Source: a virus. Taken from it: a stretch of DNA of 64,000 bases. A program made the position numbers and the translations under genes. Numbering within the stretch: the stretch's first letter is position 1; the number at the start of each line of letters is the position of its first letter. This document shows, in pieces, positions 1 to 10,216 of this stretch. The notes below the pieces were generated by a model. It saw nothing but the letters and a program-made list of their open reading frames with translations, searched no databases and had not been told where the DNA came from. The stretch is taken from positions 95,630 through 159,629 of the IMG/VR virus record IMGVR_UViG_3300008954_000003. The stretch is one strand, 5' to 3'.

Positions 1-1157
1 CATTTCCGTTTTCAGTTTATTCGGGGAACAATTATTTTTTAAGCGGTGCAGCAGAGCAGGTTGCATACACATACAAGAAACTTGGAGGCGATAGCCTTGG
101 TATCGAAATCAAGAATGAAAATGTTTATGCCGCATATGAAGAGGCCGTTCTTGAATACTCATACATAATCAACGTTCACCAATCAAAGAACGCTTTACCT
201 GTGATGCTTGGAAACACAACAGCAAGCTTTGATCACCGAGGACAAGTCATAAGCACGGAAAGCCTCGTTTCAGCAAGTGTTGAGCTTCGCTATCCAAGAT
301 TTGAAATGCCACAACCAATGCGTGTTGGCAAGGGTCTTGGTAAAGAGGCTTCTGTTGGAGGCGAAGTTCGCTATTATTCAGCATCATTTTCACCGACAGC
401 GAGCCAACAAGATTATGACCTTCAGACTCTTATTTCAAGTTCGAATAAAAATCTTGATATTGGGAATAAAAAGATTGTTATTCGTGACATGTATTATCGG
501 ACACCAAGATCCATGTGGAGGTTCTTTGCATACTATGGAGCACTGAACGTTATTGGAAACCTTCATGACTATGGTCAGTATAGTGATGAATCTTCATATG
601 AGGTTGTGCCTGCTTGGCAGAACAAACTGCAAGCCATGGCTTACGAAGACAGTTTGTATACAAGAATTTCACATTATTCATATGATATTGTGAACAACAG
701 GTTGAGATTGTTCCCAACACCGGGAACACACTCACCGGACAAATTCTTTTTAAGGTTTTATATTCCGCAGGATGCGTGGGTTGAAGAGGATGATCGCCAA
801 AGAGGCGGTCGTGGCGTAAACAACATGAACACGTTGCCATTTGCAAATATTCCATATAACAATATCAACGCTATTGGGAAGCAGTGGGTTCGAAGATATA
901 CTCTTGCACTTGTTAAAGAGACGCTTGGCCTTGTTCGAAGTCGTTTCGGGACGATCCCCATCCCAGGAGATTCGGTTACTCAAAACGGTGCGGAACTTAT
1001 ATCGAGTGCCAAAGAAGAACAAAAAGCTTTGAGAGACGAACTCAAAGAAATCCTTGATGAACTGACGTACAGCAAGATAACAGAAACGAATGCTGATATG
1101 GCAGACAAAACAAAGGATGCCTTAAGAGCAGCGCCACTGCCAATCTTTGTGGGGTAA
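1..1157 (+). CDS. Neck/head-completion protein (T4 gp13-like), 5' truncated by window
   Basis: Frame is open from position 3 (FPFSVYSG...KKLGG...AYEEAVLEYSY). C-terminal 'WVRRYTLALVKETLGLVRSRF..IPGDSVTQNG.ELI' is typical of gp13-like neck proteins. Lies before tail genes. Confidence 0.75.
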   Translation, partial: FPFSVYSGNNYFLSGAAEQVAYTYKKLGGDSLGIEIKNENVYAAYEEAVLEYSYIINVHQSKNALPVMLGNTTASFDHRGQVISTESLVSASVELRYPRFEMPQPMRVGKGLGKEASVGGEVRYYSASFSPTASQQDYDLQTLISSSNKNLDIGNKKIVIRDMYYRTPRSMWRFFAYYGALNVIGNLHDYGQYSDESSYEVVPAWQNKLQAMAYEDSLYTRISHYSYDIVNNRLRLFPTPGTHSPDKFFLRFYIPQDAWVEEDDRQRGGRGVNNMNTLPFANIPYNNINAIGKQWVRRYTLALVKETLGLVRSRFGTIPIPGDSVTQNGAELISSAKEEQKALRDELKEILDELTYSKITETNADMADKTKDALRAAPLPIFVG

Positions 1158-1160
1158 CAG

Positions 1161-1643
1161 ATGGGAACTTTTAAAACACCGGATCATCCGCCACCATCCT
1201 TGTTTATAAACAAACAAGAGGTTGACTATGTTAAACAAGTTAACGATGAGGTGATTGAAGGAGTCGTTGGGCAGACAGTTTTATATTTTCCATTAAGTAT
1301 TGAAAAGACAAACTACCACCCTGTTTATGGGGAGGCGATTGAAAAGACATACCTCAGCCCTATCAGAGTTTACGCCCTTGTTTCACTGGATGAATATGGA
1401 ACGGAAACAGCAGAAATCGGTGTGGATAAAAAATCTTCAATAACCGTCCATTTTCACAAAAGACGCCTAACAGAAGATCAAAACCTGTTTGTTCGGGAAG
1501 GAGACTTTGTTCAGTATGGCGAGATATATTATGAAATCGTTACTTTAAGTGAACCAAAGCAGCTATTTGGAAAGCCAACACAAAGATTTGAAATTTCAGC
1601 GAAGTGCATCAGAGCGCGGGATGGCAAGTTTAATGCGGGATAA
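1161..1643 (+). CDS. Neck/head-closure protein (gp14-like)
   Basis: 'E.IEGVVGQTVLYF', 'HPVYGEA', 'REGD' pattern; synteny neck-terminator-sheath. Confidence 0.65.
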   Translation: MGTFKTPDHPPPSLFINKQEVDYVKQVNDEVIEGVVGQTVLYFPLSIEKTNYHPVYGEAIEKTYLSPIRVYALVSLDEYGTETAEIGVDKKSSITVHFHKRRLTEDQNLFVREGDFVQYGEIYYEIVTLSEPKQLFGKPTQRFEISAKCIRARDGKFNAG

Positions 1644-1649
1644 TGAAGT

Positions 1650-2480
1650 ATGACGAGAAGAATTATAAACACAAGACCCTCGACCATTGAAACGGTTGAT
1701 TCCGCTTTGTTTAATTGGTTGACGAAAGAACTCAAGCTTGGGACCACGACAAACAAAGGTTTTAAGGAAACACCCGTTCTTTGGATTTCAGCAGAGAGAG
1801 CGTTTCACGTCAAAATGAACCAAGAGCTTCGTGAAATTCGCGCAGATTCAATTGTGTTGCCGGTCATCACTGTTGAGAGAACAATAGTGGACAAAACAAG
1901 CGCGGATAAAAGACCAATACCTGCAAACGTGAGGCCGGTTAATGATTTTAGGGGTGGTGCGATAACATTCGCAAAAAGAATCAATCAGGTTAAGACGAGA
2001 AACTTCGCGAATGCTGATGCAAGACGTGTTCATGGACAATATAATTTCCCTTATAAAAACAATAAGATCGTTTATCAACATGTTTCAATTCCGTACCCTG
2101 TTTATCTCGACATGACGTATAAGATTAAGTTGAGGACAGAATACCTCCAACAGCTTAACGAGCTTTTAACTCCATTTCACACAGTGACAGGTGGAATCAA
2201 CAGAATCATTATAAAACATGATGGTTTTCGTTATGAAGCGTTTATTGAACCAAGCTCTTCTCTTGAGGTGAACGCAGCTTCTCTTGGTGAAGCAGAAAAG
2301 AAATATAGTTCCGACATTACAGTAAAAGTACTTGGTTTCGTTTCAAGTGATGGCGAAAACCAAGTTAAACCAAACGTTGTTATAAGAGAAAACACTGTGC
2401 AACTTCGTTTTCAAAGAGAGCGAGTTATTGTCGGGGATGAAAATATCCTGAATTCAAACGATGAACCGTTCCGGTCATAA
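1650..2480 (+). CDS. Tail terminator/sheath stabiliser (gp15-like)
   Basis: 'LPVITVERT', 'PYPVYLDMTY', 'QLNELL' motifs; immediately upstream of sheath. Confidence 0.65.
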   Translation: MTRRIINTRPSTIETVDSALFNWLTKELKLGTTTNKGFKETPVLWISAERAFHVKMNQELREIRADSIVLPVITVERTIVDKTSADKRPIPANVRPVNDFRGGAITFAKRINQVKTRNFANADARRVHGQYNFPYKNNKIVYQHVSIPYPVYLDMTYKIKLRTEYLQQLNELLTPFHTVTGGINRIIIKHDGFRYEAFIEPSSSLEVNAASLGEAEKKYSSDITVKVLGFVSSDGENQVKPNVVIRENTVQLRFQRERVIVGDENILNSNDEPFRS

Positions 2481-2500
2481 GACTTTAGGTAATTTGCAAA

Positions 2501-2508
2501 CTATTTAT
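2501..2508 (+). promoter_or_regulatory. Putative late promoter motif CTATTTAT
   Basis: Motif recurs in intergenic gaps before structural genes; this copy precedes the sheath. Confidence 0.65.
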
Positions 2509-2542
2509 CATAGTAAACACCTATTCTTGGGAGCAAAATAGA

Positions 2543-5500
2543 ATGGCAGAATCAGCAAAGAACTTTAAATTTATATCCCCAGGTATCAAGATTCTTGAGA
2601 TCGATCGGTCACAAATCCCGGCAAGGCCGGAAGCCGTTGGTCCACTAATTATTGGTCGTGCCCGCAGAGGACCAGCTTTTAAGCCAGTCAAGATAAGCTC
2701 GTTTTCCGAGTTTGTTGAGATCTTTGGTGAACCCGTTGCTGGTGGCGAAAATAACGATGTATGGCGTGATGGAAACTTTACTTCCCCAATGTATGGCCCG
2801 TATGCTGTTCAGGCATGGTTGAAAAATGGTGAAGTCTGTTCATACATGAGAGTTCTTGGTGATGCAGACAGCAAAGCAACAACCGACGCAGGAAAAGCAG
2901 GTTGGAAAACTGGTGCAATCGACGGCCAGGGTAATACTGGTGGAGCTTATGGCCTCTTTGTGTTCCCATCATCGAGTGCCGGCCAGGCTGCCGCACTTTC
3001 AGGCTCACTTGCAGCCGTTTGGTATATGAGTGAAGGCGCTCCGATCTTGTCAGGTTCATTATATGGAACAGCATCTGCCGGAACACAGAATAAGGTTGGT
3101 GCGGGAACAAGCCATTTTATTGTAAGTGATACAAATGGTAACTTCACAATGCAGTTCTCAGGTTCGTCAGATCTTCCTTACAATCCTGAGATTGAAGATA
3201 CCAAGCTGAAATTCAGTCTAAATAAAGACAAAGGAAACTTTATCCGCAAGGTGTTTAACACAGACCCAACACTTCTTAATCGAAAAGACTCTGATAGTGG
3301 TCTTGTTAAGTATTTCCTTGGTGAGACATTTGAAAACACATACAATGACGCAAATTACTTCACAGCGTCGACAGGTCAAGAAACAGGAACGCAAGTTGGT
3401 GTTGTCCTTGGCTTGGCAAACGCTTTAAATGCGTTGAATCACAGTGTCAATCAGAGAAGAGCGTTGCAAAGCAACTCTCTTCCGAAGACGGGCTGGTTCT
3501 TCACACAGCATTTAAGCACAGATGCCTCAAGTTTCAATTCGACAACAGGTTCATTCTTTGCAGATGGTACTGCAAAGAAACTGTTCAGATTTGTCGGGCT
3601 TGACACTGGTGAGTGGATACAGAACAACCTTAAGATTGCCGTGACAAACATCCAGTTTTCAAAGAATGAGGATGTTGATCCTTATGGTACATTTGATGTT
3701 GTCGTGAGAAAACTGGAAGATACCGATGATAATCAAAAAATCGTTGAGAAGTTCACGCAGTGCAATCTCAATAGGAACTCTGAAAACTTCATTCTCAATA
3801 AGATTGGTGACAAGTACACTGATTGGGACTCTGTGAGAAAGCGTACAATTGAATATGGTTCATACCAGAATCGTTCAAAGTATGTTCGTGTTGAGGTGAA
3901 CCCTGAATACGAAGCGGGTTTTGATCCGACACATGTTCCGTTTGGTTTCACAGGTCCTACAAAATATAAGGACGTTTATGTCCGTAATAATGGCGAGTTT
4001 GATGCAAGATCGTTCCAAGACTCTGAAAATGCAAATGCAGGAAGACGAATGGTTGAACTTGGAACAGACATTGCTGCGAGCAACGCTGTAACTGTTATCA
4101 CAGGAGCTTCTTACATTCCGCCGTTGAGAATCGTATTCCCTGAAGCGCCAATTCGTTCAACAACATCGACGTTGAGCACTCCGAAGATTGCACACTGGGG
4201 AGTTCAGCCGACGCCTGATGGAACAAACACGTTTAAGGAAGACGTAAGAGATCTTTTGCGTGCGAAGCCAAATGGGATTTCGAATCACGACCCCGATAAT
4301 TACACAAAGTATCAGTGGATTGTCTCCCTTGACAACCTTGCGTATGCAGGTGCAGATAATATCCTCGATCTTGATTACGAGAGCGGCTCAAAGGGCCTTG
4401 GAACAATTGTTTATTCAACCGCTTCAAGAAATATTGGGTTCTCAATCACTGCAACGGGAACACTGCCAAGCGATTTCCCAGACAGAAGCAACGTTCAGGC
4501 TTCATATAAAGCGCCGTTGGTTCTTGGACTTGGAAACCTTATTTCACCATTCTATGGCGGAACAGACGGATTCGACATCAAAGATTCAGATCCACTGAGC
4601 AACCAAGGGTTTAATTCTTCACCAACACTGCTTAATGACCAGCAGTACTTCACTCTGCGAAGAGCGATTGATGCCGTGAAGAATCCTGAAGTTGCAGAGT
4701 ACAACATTGTTGCCATTCCGGGTTTGACAAATGTGAGCTTGAACAAGTCTCTCATAACAAACACAGAAGAGCGTGCAGACGCTTTGGCGATTATTGATGT
4801 CGACAAGGGATATATCCCACCGCATGAGTATCTGTATGACAGCTCATTGGCTTTGTCTATGGGTGATGTTTCCGATGCACAGTTGGACCACAGAGACAAC
4901 AAATATAACTCAAGTTATGGTGCGGCCTACTACCCATGGGTTCAGGTCCGCGACTCTGTGAGCAACAAAAATATCTGGATGCCACCATCAATTGCCGCAA
5001 TTGGTGCAATGGCCTATACAGATAGAGTTCAGGCTCCATGGTTTGCGCCAGCAGGCTTCAATCGTGGTGGTTTGTCAAGCGGTGTTGCAGGCTTGCCTGT
5101 GAACAATGTCGCCCTGAAGTTGTTTGCTGATGATCGTGATGACCTTTACGCGGTTAATCTTAACCCGATTGCCTCATTCCCGAACGAGGGTGTTGTAATC
5201 TTTGGTCAGAAGACTTTGGCAGCACAAGCAAGTGCGCTTGATCGCATTAACGTTCGAAGACTCCTTATTTTCTTGAAGAGAGGGATTACACGAATTGCAA
5301 ATACGGTTTTGTTTGACCAAAACGTCCAGGATACATGGAATAGGTTCACAAGTCAGGCCGAACCGTTCTTGGCAGATGTCAAAGCAAGATTTGGTTTGAC
5401 AGATTATCGACTCATTTTGGATGAATCGACAACGACACCTGATTTGATCGATCAGAATATCATGTATGCGAAGGTTTTCTTGAAGCCGGCGCGGGCGATT

Positions 5501-5557
5501 GAATTTATCGCAATTGATTTCTTTATCACCAACACAGGAGCTAGTTTCTCAGATTGA
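2543..5557 (+). CDS. Contractile tail sheath protein
   Basis: N-terminal SPGI..EID.S and GP motifs; C-terminal YYPW, MPPS, PWFAPAG.NRG, RINVRRL, P.RAIEFI. Confidence 0.97.
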   Translation: MAESAKNFKFISPGIKILEIDRSQIPARPEAVGPLIIGRARRGPAFKPVKISSFSEFVEIFGEPVAGGENNDVWRDGNFTSPMYGPYAVQAWLKNGEVCSYMRVLGDADSKATTDAGKAGWKTGAIDGQGNTGGAYGLFVFPSSSAGQAAALSGSLAAVWYMSEGAPILSGSLYGTASAGTQNKVGAGTSHFIVSDTNGNFTMQFSGSSDLPYNPEIEDTKLKFSLNKDKGNFIRKVFNTDPTLLNRKDSDSGLVKYFLGETFENTYNDANYFTASTGQETGTQVGVVLGLANALNALNHSVNQRRALQSNSLPKTGWFFTQHLSTDASSFNSTTGSFFADGTAKKLFRFVGLDTGEWIQNNLKIAVTNIQFSKNEDVDPYGTFDVVVRKLEDTDDNQKIVEKFTQCNLNRNSENFILNKIGDKYTDWDSVRKRTIEYGSYQNRSKYVRVEVNPEYEAGFDPTHVPFGFTGPTKYKDVYVRNNGEFDARSFQDSENANAGRRMVELGTDIAASNAVTVITGASYIPPLRIVFPEAPIRSTTSTLSTPKIAHWGVQPTPDGTNTFKEDVRDLLRAKPNGISNHDPDNYTKYQWIVSLDNLAYAGADNILDLDYESGSKGLGTIVYSTASRNIGFSITATGTLPSDFPDRSNVQASYKAPLVLGLGNLISPFYGGTDGFDIKDSDPLSNQGFNSSPTLLNDQQYFTLRRAIDAVKNPEVAEYNIVAIPGLTNVSLNKSLITNTEERADALAIIDVDKGYIPPHEYLYDSSLALSMGDVSDAQLDHRDNKYNSSYGAAYYPWVQVRDSVSNKNIWMPPSIAAIGAMAYTDRVQAPWFAPAGFNRGGLSSGVAGLPVNNVALKLFADDRDDLYAVNLNPIASFPNEGVVIFGQKTLAAQASALDRINVRRLLIFLKRGITRIANTVLFDQNVQDTWNRFTSQAEPFLADVKARFGLTDYRLILDESTTTPDLIDQNIMYAKVFLKPARAIEFIAIDFFITNTGASFSD

Positions 5558-5559
5558 GT

Positions 5560-5567
5560 CTAGTTAT
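5560..5567 (+). promoter_or_regulatory. Putative late promoter motif CTAGTTAT
   Basis: Variant of the recurrent motif, upstream of the tube gene RBS (AAGGAG). Confidence 0.55.
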
Positions 5568-5586
5568 AACAAGGAGAGTACAATAG

Positions 5587-6108
5587 ATGCCTACACCAAT
5601 TTGGTCGCCACAAGCAGAGCCTAAGCGTAAATATGAATTTATTTTGAGATTGGCTGATATCCCAGTCGCTGTGATTGTATCGACGAACAGACCAAAAATG
5701 ACGATATCAGATGCAGCGAATCACAAATTCCTTGTTCACACTTTTAAATTCCCAGGACAGGTTACATGGAACGACATCACAATCAAACTTGTCGATCTTG
5801 TTGATCTTGATGCCTCAAAGAGGTTGCTCGATGTTGTTCGTGGAGCGGGTTATGTTTTGCCAGGAGATTTCAGCCCCAACGCTTCAGATGAAAACTATCT
5901 TCGAAAGACTCTTTCGAAGAGAAGCGCTGTGAACAGCCTTGGTCTTGTTACGATTGAGACAATTGATTCGGAAGGAATCACTGTTGAAACATGGAAACTT
6001 CACAATGCATGGGTCAAGGACATTGATTTTGACGAGGCAAGCTACACAGACGAAACACTTCTTAATCTTACATTGGTGCTTTCGTATGACTGGGCAGACA
6101 TTGTATAA
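5587..6108 (+). CDS. Tail tube protein (gp19-like)
   Basis: EPKR..F, FPG..TW.DI, W.L.NAW, L.YDWA; follows sheath. Confidence 0.9.
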   Translation: MPTPIWSPQAEPKRKYEFILRLADIPVAVIVSTNRPKMTISDAANHKFLVHTFKFPGQVTWNDITIKLVDLVDLDASKRLLDVVRGAGYVLPGDFSPNASDENYLRKTLSKRSAVNSLGLVTIETIDSEGITVETWKLHNAWVKDIDFDEASYTDETLLNLTLVLSYDWADIV

Positions 6109-6115
6109 ATAAGAG

Positions 6116-6742
6116 ATGCCAATATTTGGATTTGAACCACCCTCAATTGTTTCAAGACTTTTAAAAAGAAAAGAAATTAAACAAGCCCCCTTGTTTTCAA
6201 GGGATATGTTCATGGATGCTCAACAAGAGCATCGTTTTCTTTTGAGATTGGACGGAATACCAGCGGCGTTTATGACAAGCGCCGATCGCCCAAGTTATAA
6301 AATTGATGTTCAAGAAGAGGTCCTTTTGGGACACACATTAAGGTTCCCAAAGAGCGTGGTTTGGAATCCTGTAAAAGTCACAATGCATGAAATCTACACC
6401 CCAGCAGCTTTTGGCTCTGTTATGTCAAATATGATGAGCAAGTTGTTTGACATCGGGTATACACAACCACACAATGCAGAATCAACAGAAGAACGTTTTC
6501 TTTCCAAAGAAAACTTAACATTGGCAGCCGGTGTTGTGATAATTGAATCGCTAAGTGAAGACGGAAGTGTTCATGAATCGTGGAAACTTCACAACCCCAT
6601 GTTCACAGACGTTACTCCAAGCGCGCTTAAGTATGATGGAGATGCCTTGACAACAATTAGTGCCACAATAACATACGATTGGGCAGAATTCCTTTATAAA
6701 GGAGTTTCTGGTCAGGGTGGCAGCTTCACAATTAACTTCTAA
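6116..6742 (+). CDS. Second tail tube-like protein
   Basis: Paralogous to 5587..6108 (RF.L, RP, FP...W, WKLHN, ITYDWA). Confidence 0.8.
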   Translation: MPIFGFEPPSIVSRLLKRKEIKQAPLFSRDMFMDAQQEHRFLLRLDGIPAAFMTSADRPSYKIDVQEEVLLGHTLRFPKSVVWNPVKVTMHEIYTPAAFGSVMSNMMSKLFDIGYTQPHNAESTEERFLSKENLTLAAGVVIIESLSEDGSVHESWKLHNPMFTDVTPSALKYDGDALTTISATITYDWAEFLYKGVSGQGGSFTINF

Positions 6743-6753
6743 TAAGAGGAAAC

Positions 6754-7605
6754 ATGAGAAACAACGAAGATCGGTTTCAAAAACCAGTCGAACAACCAAA
6801 ATATAACATCAATAAAGAGATGCAACAAGACACATCTCAATATCGAATCCCAACAGACTTTGTTGAGCTTCCATCGAGAGGAATGTTTTATCCAAAAGAA
6901 CACCCTCTTCATCGAAAAGGAAACGTTGAAATCAAATATATGACAACAAGAGAAGAAGACATTCTTTTGAGTCCAAGTCTATCAGAACAAGGCTTGACAA
7001 TGGATCGCCTCATTCACAGTCTTTTTGTCGACAAAAGAATTGATCCATCAACGTTGTTAACGGGAGATCGAAACGCCATAATTGTTAATGCAAGAAAAAA
7101 TGCTTATGGTGATAAGTATGAAGTCCCGCTTGAGTGTTCAAAGTGCGGGAAAGAGGCGACAGCAATGGTGGACCTAAGTTCAGAAAAGCACATGAAAAAG
7201 CTTCCTGAAGATGATGGTGTAGAATACACAGAAAGAGGGACTTTCTTTGTTGAATCCCCACTTAGAAAGGCCCGTGTTGAAATGAAGCTTTTAACTGGGG
7301 AAGACGAAAAAGCCATTGAGGATTCCATTGGGCGCAGAGTTCAGAAAGGACTCCCCGAAGAAGAGGTTACAACCAGATATCGCCGCATGATTGTGTCGGT
7401 GGACGGCAAAACAGAGTTCAGTCTCGTTGCAAGCTTCATCACAACGATGTCGATTTTTGAATCCAGGCAACTCAGAAAAATTTATGATAGGCAAATGCCA
7501 GATTTTCAACTGGTTGTTTCATTTGAGTGTGAAAACAAAAAATGTGGACATTTGAATGAAGGGGGTGCGCCGATTACTCGGAACTTTTTTTGGCCTGACA
7601 ATTGA
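6754..7605 (+). CDS. Baseplate hub/tail assembly chaperone (gp26/gp51-like)
   Basis: LPS.G..Y, MTTREEDIL, CxxC motifs; ends NFFWPDN; lies between tube and tape measure. Confidence 0.8.
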   Translation: MRNNEDRFQKPVEQPKYNINKEMQQDTSQYRIPTDFVELPSRGMFYPKEHPLHRKGNVEIKYMTTREEDILLSPSLSEQGLTMDRLIHSLFVDKRIDPSTLLTGDRNAIIVNARKNAYGDKYEVPLECSKCGKEATAMVDLSSEKHMKKLPEDDGVEYTERGTFFVESPLRKARVEMKLLTGEDEKAIEDSIGRRVQKGLPEEEVTTRYRRMIVSVDGKTEFSLVASFITTMSIFESRQLRKIYDRQMPDFQLVVSFECENKKCGHLNEGGAPITRNFFWPDN

Positions 7606-7738
7606 ACATTTAAACAACTGCTATAAAGGCTTGCTCATGATGAATGTCCGTGGAAACTGGGGGTTCTCTGAGGCGTACAATCTTCCTATTCCTTTGAGAG
7701 ATCTGATCCTTGAAGAGATGCACAAAGAGGGTAAATAA
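7582..7738 (+). CDS. Probable frameshift-accessed C-terminal extension of the tail chaperone
   Basis: Overlapping +1 frame FFGLT...WGFSEAYNLPIPLR shares the T7 run at 7585-7591; no obvious own RBS. Confidence 0.6.
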
Positions 7739-7749
7739 TCATCTTGTTT

Positions 7750-7757
7750 CTATTTAT
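7750..7757 (+). promoter_or_regulatory. Putative late promoter motif CTATTTAT
   Basis: Upstream of tape measure RBS (GAGGTG). Confidence 0.65.
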
Positions 7758-7776
7758 AATCGAAGAGGTGATTTAA

Positions 7777-9390
7777 ATGGCTGATATAGCTGATCTTGTT
7801 GCTGCGATATCTGGGGATCCTGCTGTAAGTGCTGCGGTTTCTAAGAGCAAAAGCGTGAGTGGCGTCCTTAAAAATCTTGTTGGAGGGTTTGTTGAAAAAC
7901 CAAATCAAGTAAAGGACCTCGCAATGGACTTTGCGGACTTAGATGGAAGCGTTACTGGCGTTGTAAAGTCTGCTACGAATTTATCTGAAATTATGACAGG
8001 GCAGTTCTGGAATGTGGCGATGAATACCACAAGGGGACTCCTACAAATAACAAAAAAACTTGCTTCTGAGAATGGAAAGAACCGTATTGCAATGCAAAAT
8101 ACGTTTGGAATTCCAATAAGGGAGGCAAGACTATATCAGCAAGAAATAAACAAATTAACCCATAGACTTCATAAGTATGGCGGAACAAATAAGGAGTTAA
8201 CGAAGACATCTCTTATGTTTTCAGATAGTCTGAACGTTTACTTGTCGAGAGATTTTCCGAAACATCGAGAAGGGTTCTTGAAAAACGCAACGGTATTAAA
8301 TCAGTATGGCGTTTCAACAGAAAACGTTATTAAGGTAACAAACAAACTAACAACTGGTTTTGAAAAAGGCATAGACAGAACAAAAACCTTGTCTGCTACG
8401 TTGATAAAATTTTCAAAAGAAACAGGTCAAAGTGTTAATAAAGTCTTTTCTTCTTTCGCAGAAAACATTGATAGATTTAATACAAGTGTCGGAGAAGGTT
8501 CTCTTGAATACGCAACAAAAGAATTCACAAAAATGCAAGCAGCTTCACAGCGTTCTGGTATGAGTATTAGCAAGTTGACAGACATGGTTCAGAAATATGA
8601 CACCATGGAAGGTATGAAAGCAGGTGGAAAGCTGAACATGCTTTTGAGCCAGTTGGGTTCAGGAATTGATCCGACAAAACTTATGGGCATGACCCAATCG
8701 GAAAGAGCTGCATATATGATTAGACAAGTCGGCGCGGCCAAAGGTGGTCTGTCAAAATTTGGAAGAGAAGGGCAAAGAGCAATCATTGGAGACATCTCAA
8801 AAGCGTTGGGAGTTCAGTCTGGTGAGGTTATGAAGATGCTGAATCCTGAAACAGCAGAAGGTGTTGGTCGGCAGATTCATAGAAAAGGCAGAGGAAAACT
8901 TGCAACACCCGATGATATGGTAACAATGGATAAGGGTGCAATAGAACGAGTCTCAAAAGAAACAATGCATAGGCAGCAAGTTGAAGGTCTTCAAAAAGCC
9001 TCGTTGCTTTATGAACAGTTTACAAGGCGTGCAGATAAGGCAATGGCAGAACGCATGAGAGGGGCCAACGTTGAAAGGTTTTCAACAGCGGCAGTTTCAA
9101 CAGTAGCAAGGGCCGCTGATAAAGGCGGCAAGGTGATGGGTGAACTTGTGGGGCCAACAACAAAAGTGAAAGATGAGGGTGGCTTTTTAGGGGTTAAGGC
9201 AGAAACAACAAAAGTGAAAGATGAGGGTGGCTTTTTAGGGGTTAAGGCAGAAACAGAGAGAAAAGAATTCAACAGTAGAATCTTGGAAGTAATAAAAGAA
9301 AGCAACAAAAACAACCAAGAAGTTGCCAAGATGCTTGCGAGATTAGATATGACTCTGAATAAGAAATCAACAATGTCAGGTATTAAATAA
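7777..9390 (+). CDS. Tape measure protein
   Basis: Helical A/G/M/K-rich composition; position after chaperone and before baseplate genes. Confidence 0.7.
   Translation: MADIADLVAAISGDPAVSAAVSKSKSVSGVLKNLVGGFVEKPNQVKDLAMDFADLDGSVTGVVKSATNLSEIMTGQFWNVAMNTTRGLLQITKKLASENGKNRIAMQNTFGIPIREARLYQQEINKLTHRLHKYGGTNKELTKTSLMFSDSLNVYLSRDFPKHREGFLKNATVLNQYGVSTENVIKVTNKLTTGFEKGIDRTKTLSATLIKFSKETGQSVNKVFSSFAENIDRFNTSVGEGSLEYATKEFTKMQAASQRSGMSISKLTDMVQKYDTMEGMKAGGKLNMLLSQLGSGIDPTKLMGMTQSERAAYMIRQVGAAKGGLSKFGREGQRAIIGDISKALGVQSGEVMKMLNPETAEGVGRQIHRKGRGKLATPDDMVTMDKGAIERVSKETMHRQQVEGLQKASLLYEQFTRRADKAMAERMRGANVERFSTAAVSTVARAADKGGKVMGELVGPTTKVKDEGGFLGVKAETTKVKDEGGFLGVKAETERKEFNSRILEVIKESNKNNQEVAKMLARLDMTLNKKSTMSGIK
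9156..9255 (+). repeat. Perfect 48-bp tandem duplication in tape measure gene
   Basis: AACAACAAAAGTGAAAGATGAGGGTGGCTTTTTAGGGGTTAAGGCAGA twice (TTKVKDEGGFLGVKAE x2). Confidence 0.95.
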
Positions 9391-9401
9391 GGGAGAAAGA
9401 G

Positions 9402-10211
9402 ATGCCAGAAGTTTTAGCAGGAGATGTTCAGTTAGCGTTGTTGTCAGCACATGCTTTGCCAGCAGAGACACAACTTGCTTCACGTTATCCTTTTTCAAAT
9501 ATTATCATAACGTTTCCAACGAGGGATAAGGCACCGCCGCTTGTGTTCCCTGCTTACATTTCAGATTTGAAAGACGCTTTCAACTCAGCCTATAATCAGG
9601 TTCCTGTCTATGGTCGAATGGACAACATCCCTGTATTCCAAAGAACAACGAGGAAGATAACGTTCACACTTGGCCTTCCAACGTTCAATGAGATTAATTC
9701 AAATCAGGTTTTAAAACAATTATCAGAATTGGCCAAAGGTCTTTATCCGACTTATGAAAAATACGGTGAAGAGTTTGGAACATACATCATCAATAGCCCC
9801 CCTTTGGTGCGAATCAAGTTTGGAAATCTTATCTGTAGTCCGCGAAACAACAAACTTGGCCTTCTTGGTTATCTTGGTGGTGGGATAACAGTCGATCACA
9901 AAATTAAAACAGTTGGCGTTCATGTTGTTGCAAAAAACGGTCGCGGTTTTTTAATTCCAAAAGCTTATGAGATTTCAATTAATTTCGATATCCTTCATGA
10001 GGATGAGGTTGGTTGGGTTCGAAGTGGTGACGACTATAGATTTAATACGAAACAACAGTTTCCATACAAAACAGACACATTCACATCAGATAACCCTGCC
10101 TTCTTTAGCCAGAAGGGCAGCAAAGGGCAGGCTCAAGACAACGACAACGATGTCAAGAGAAAGAAGGAGAATCCCAAATCAGCCAAGCTTGAGAAGGTGT
10201 TGGGGAAATAA
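9402..10211 (+). CDS. Baseplate/tail tube initiator protein
   Basis: FPAYI, YGRMD, R.ITF, PPLVRIKFGNL pattern seen in myovirus proteins after the tape measure. Confidence 0.65.
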   Translation: MPEVLAGDVQLALLSAHALPAETQLASRYPFSNIIITFPTRDKAPPLVFPAYISDLKDAFNSAYNQVPVYGRMDNIPVFQRTTRKITFTLGLPTFNEINSNQVLKQLSELAKGLYPTYEKYGEEFGTYIINSPPLVRIKFGNLICSPRNNKLGLLGYLGGGITVDHKIKTVGVHVVAKNGRGFLIPKAYEISINFDILHEDEVGWVRSGDDYRFNTKQQFPYKTDTFTSDNPAFFSQKGSKGQAQDNDNDVKRKKENPKSAKLEKVLGK

Positions 10212-10216
10212 TAATT

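Noticed and set aside
6104-6111. T4-type late promoter TATAAATA
   Set aside because: Single occurrence noted, overlapping a stop codon; the recurrent motif is different.
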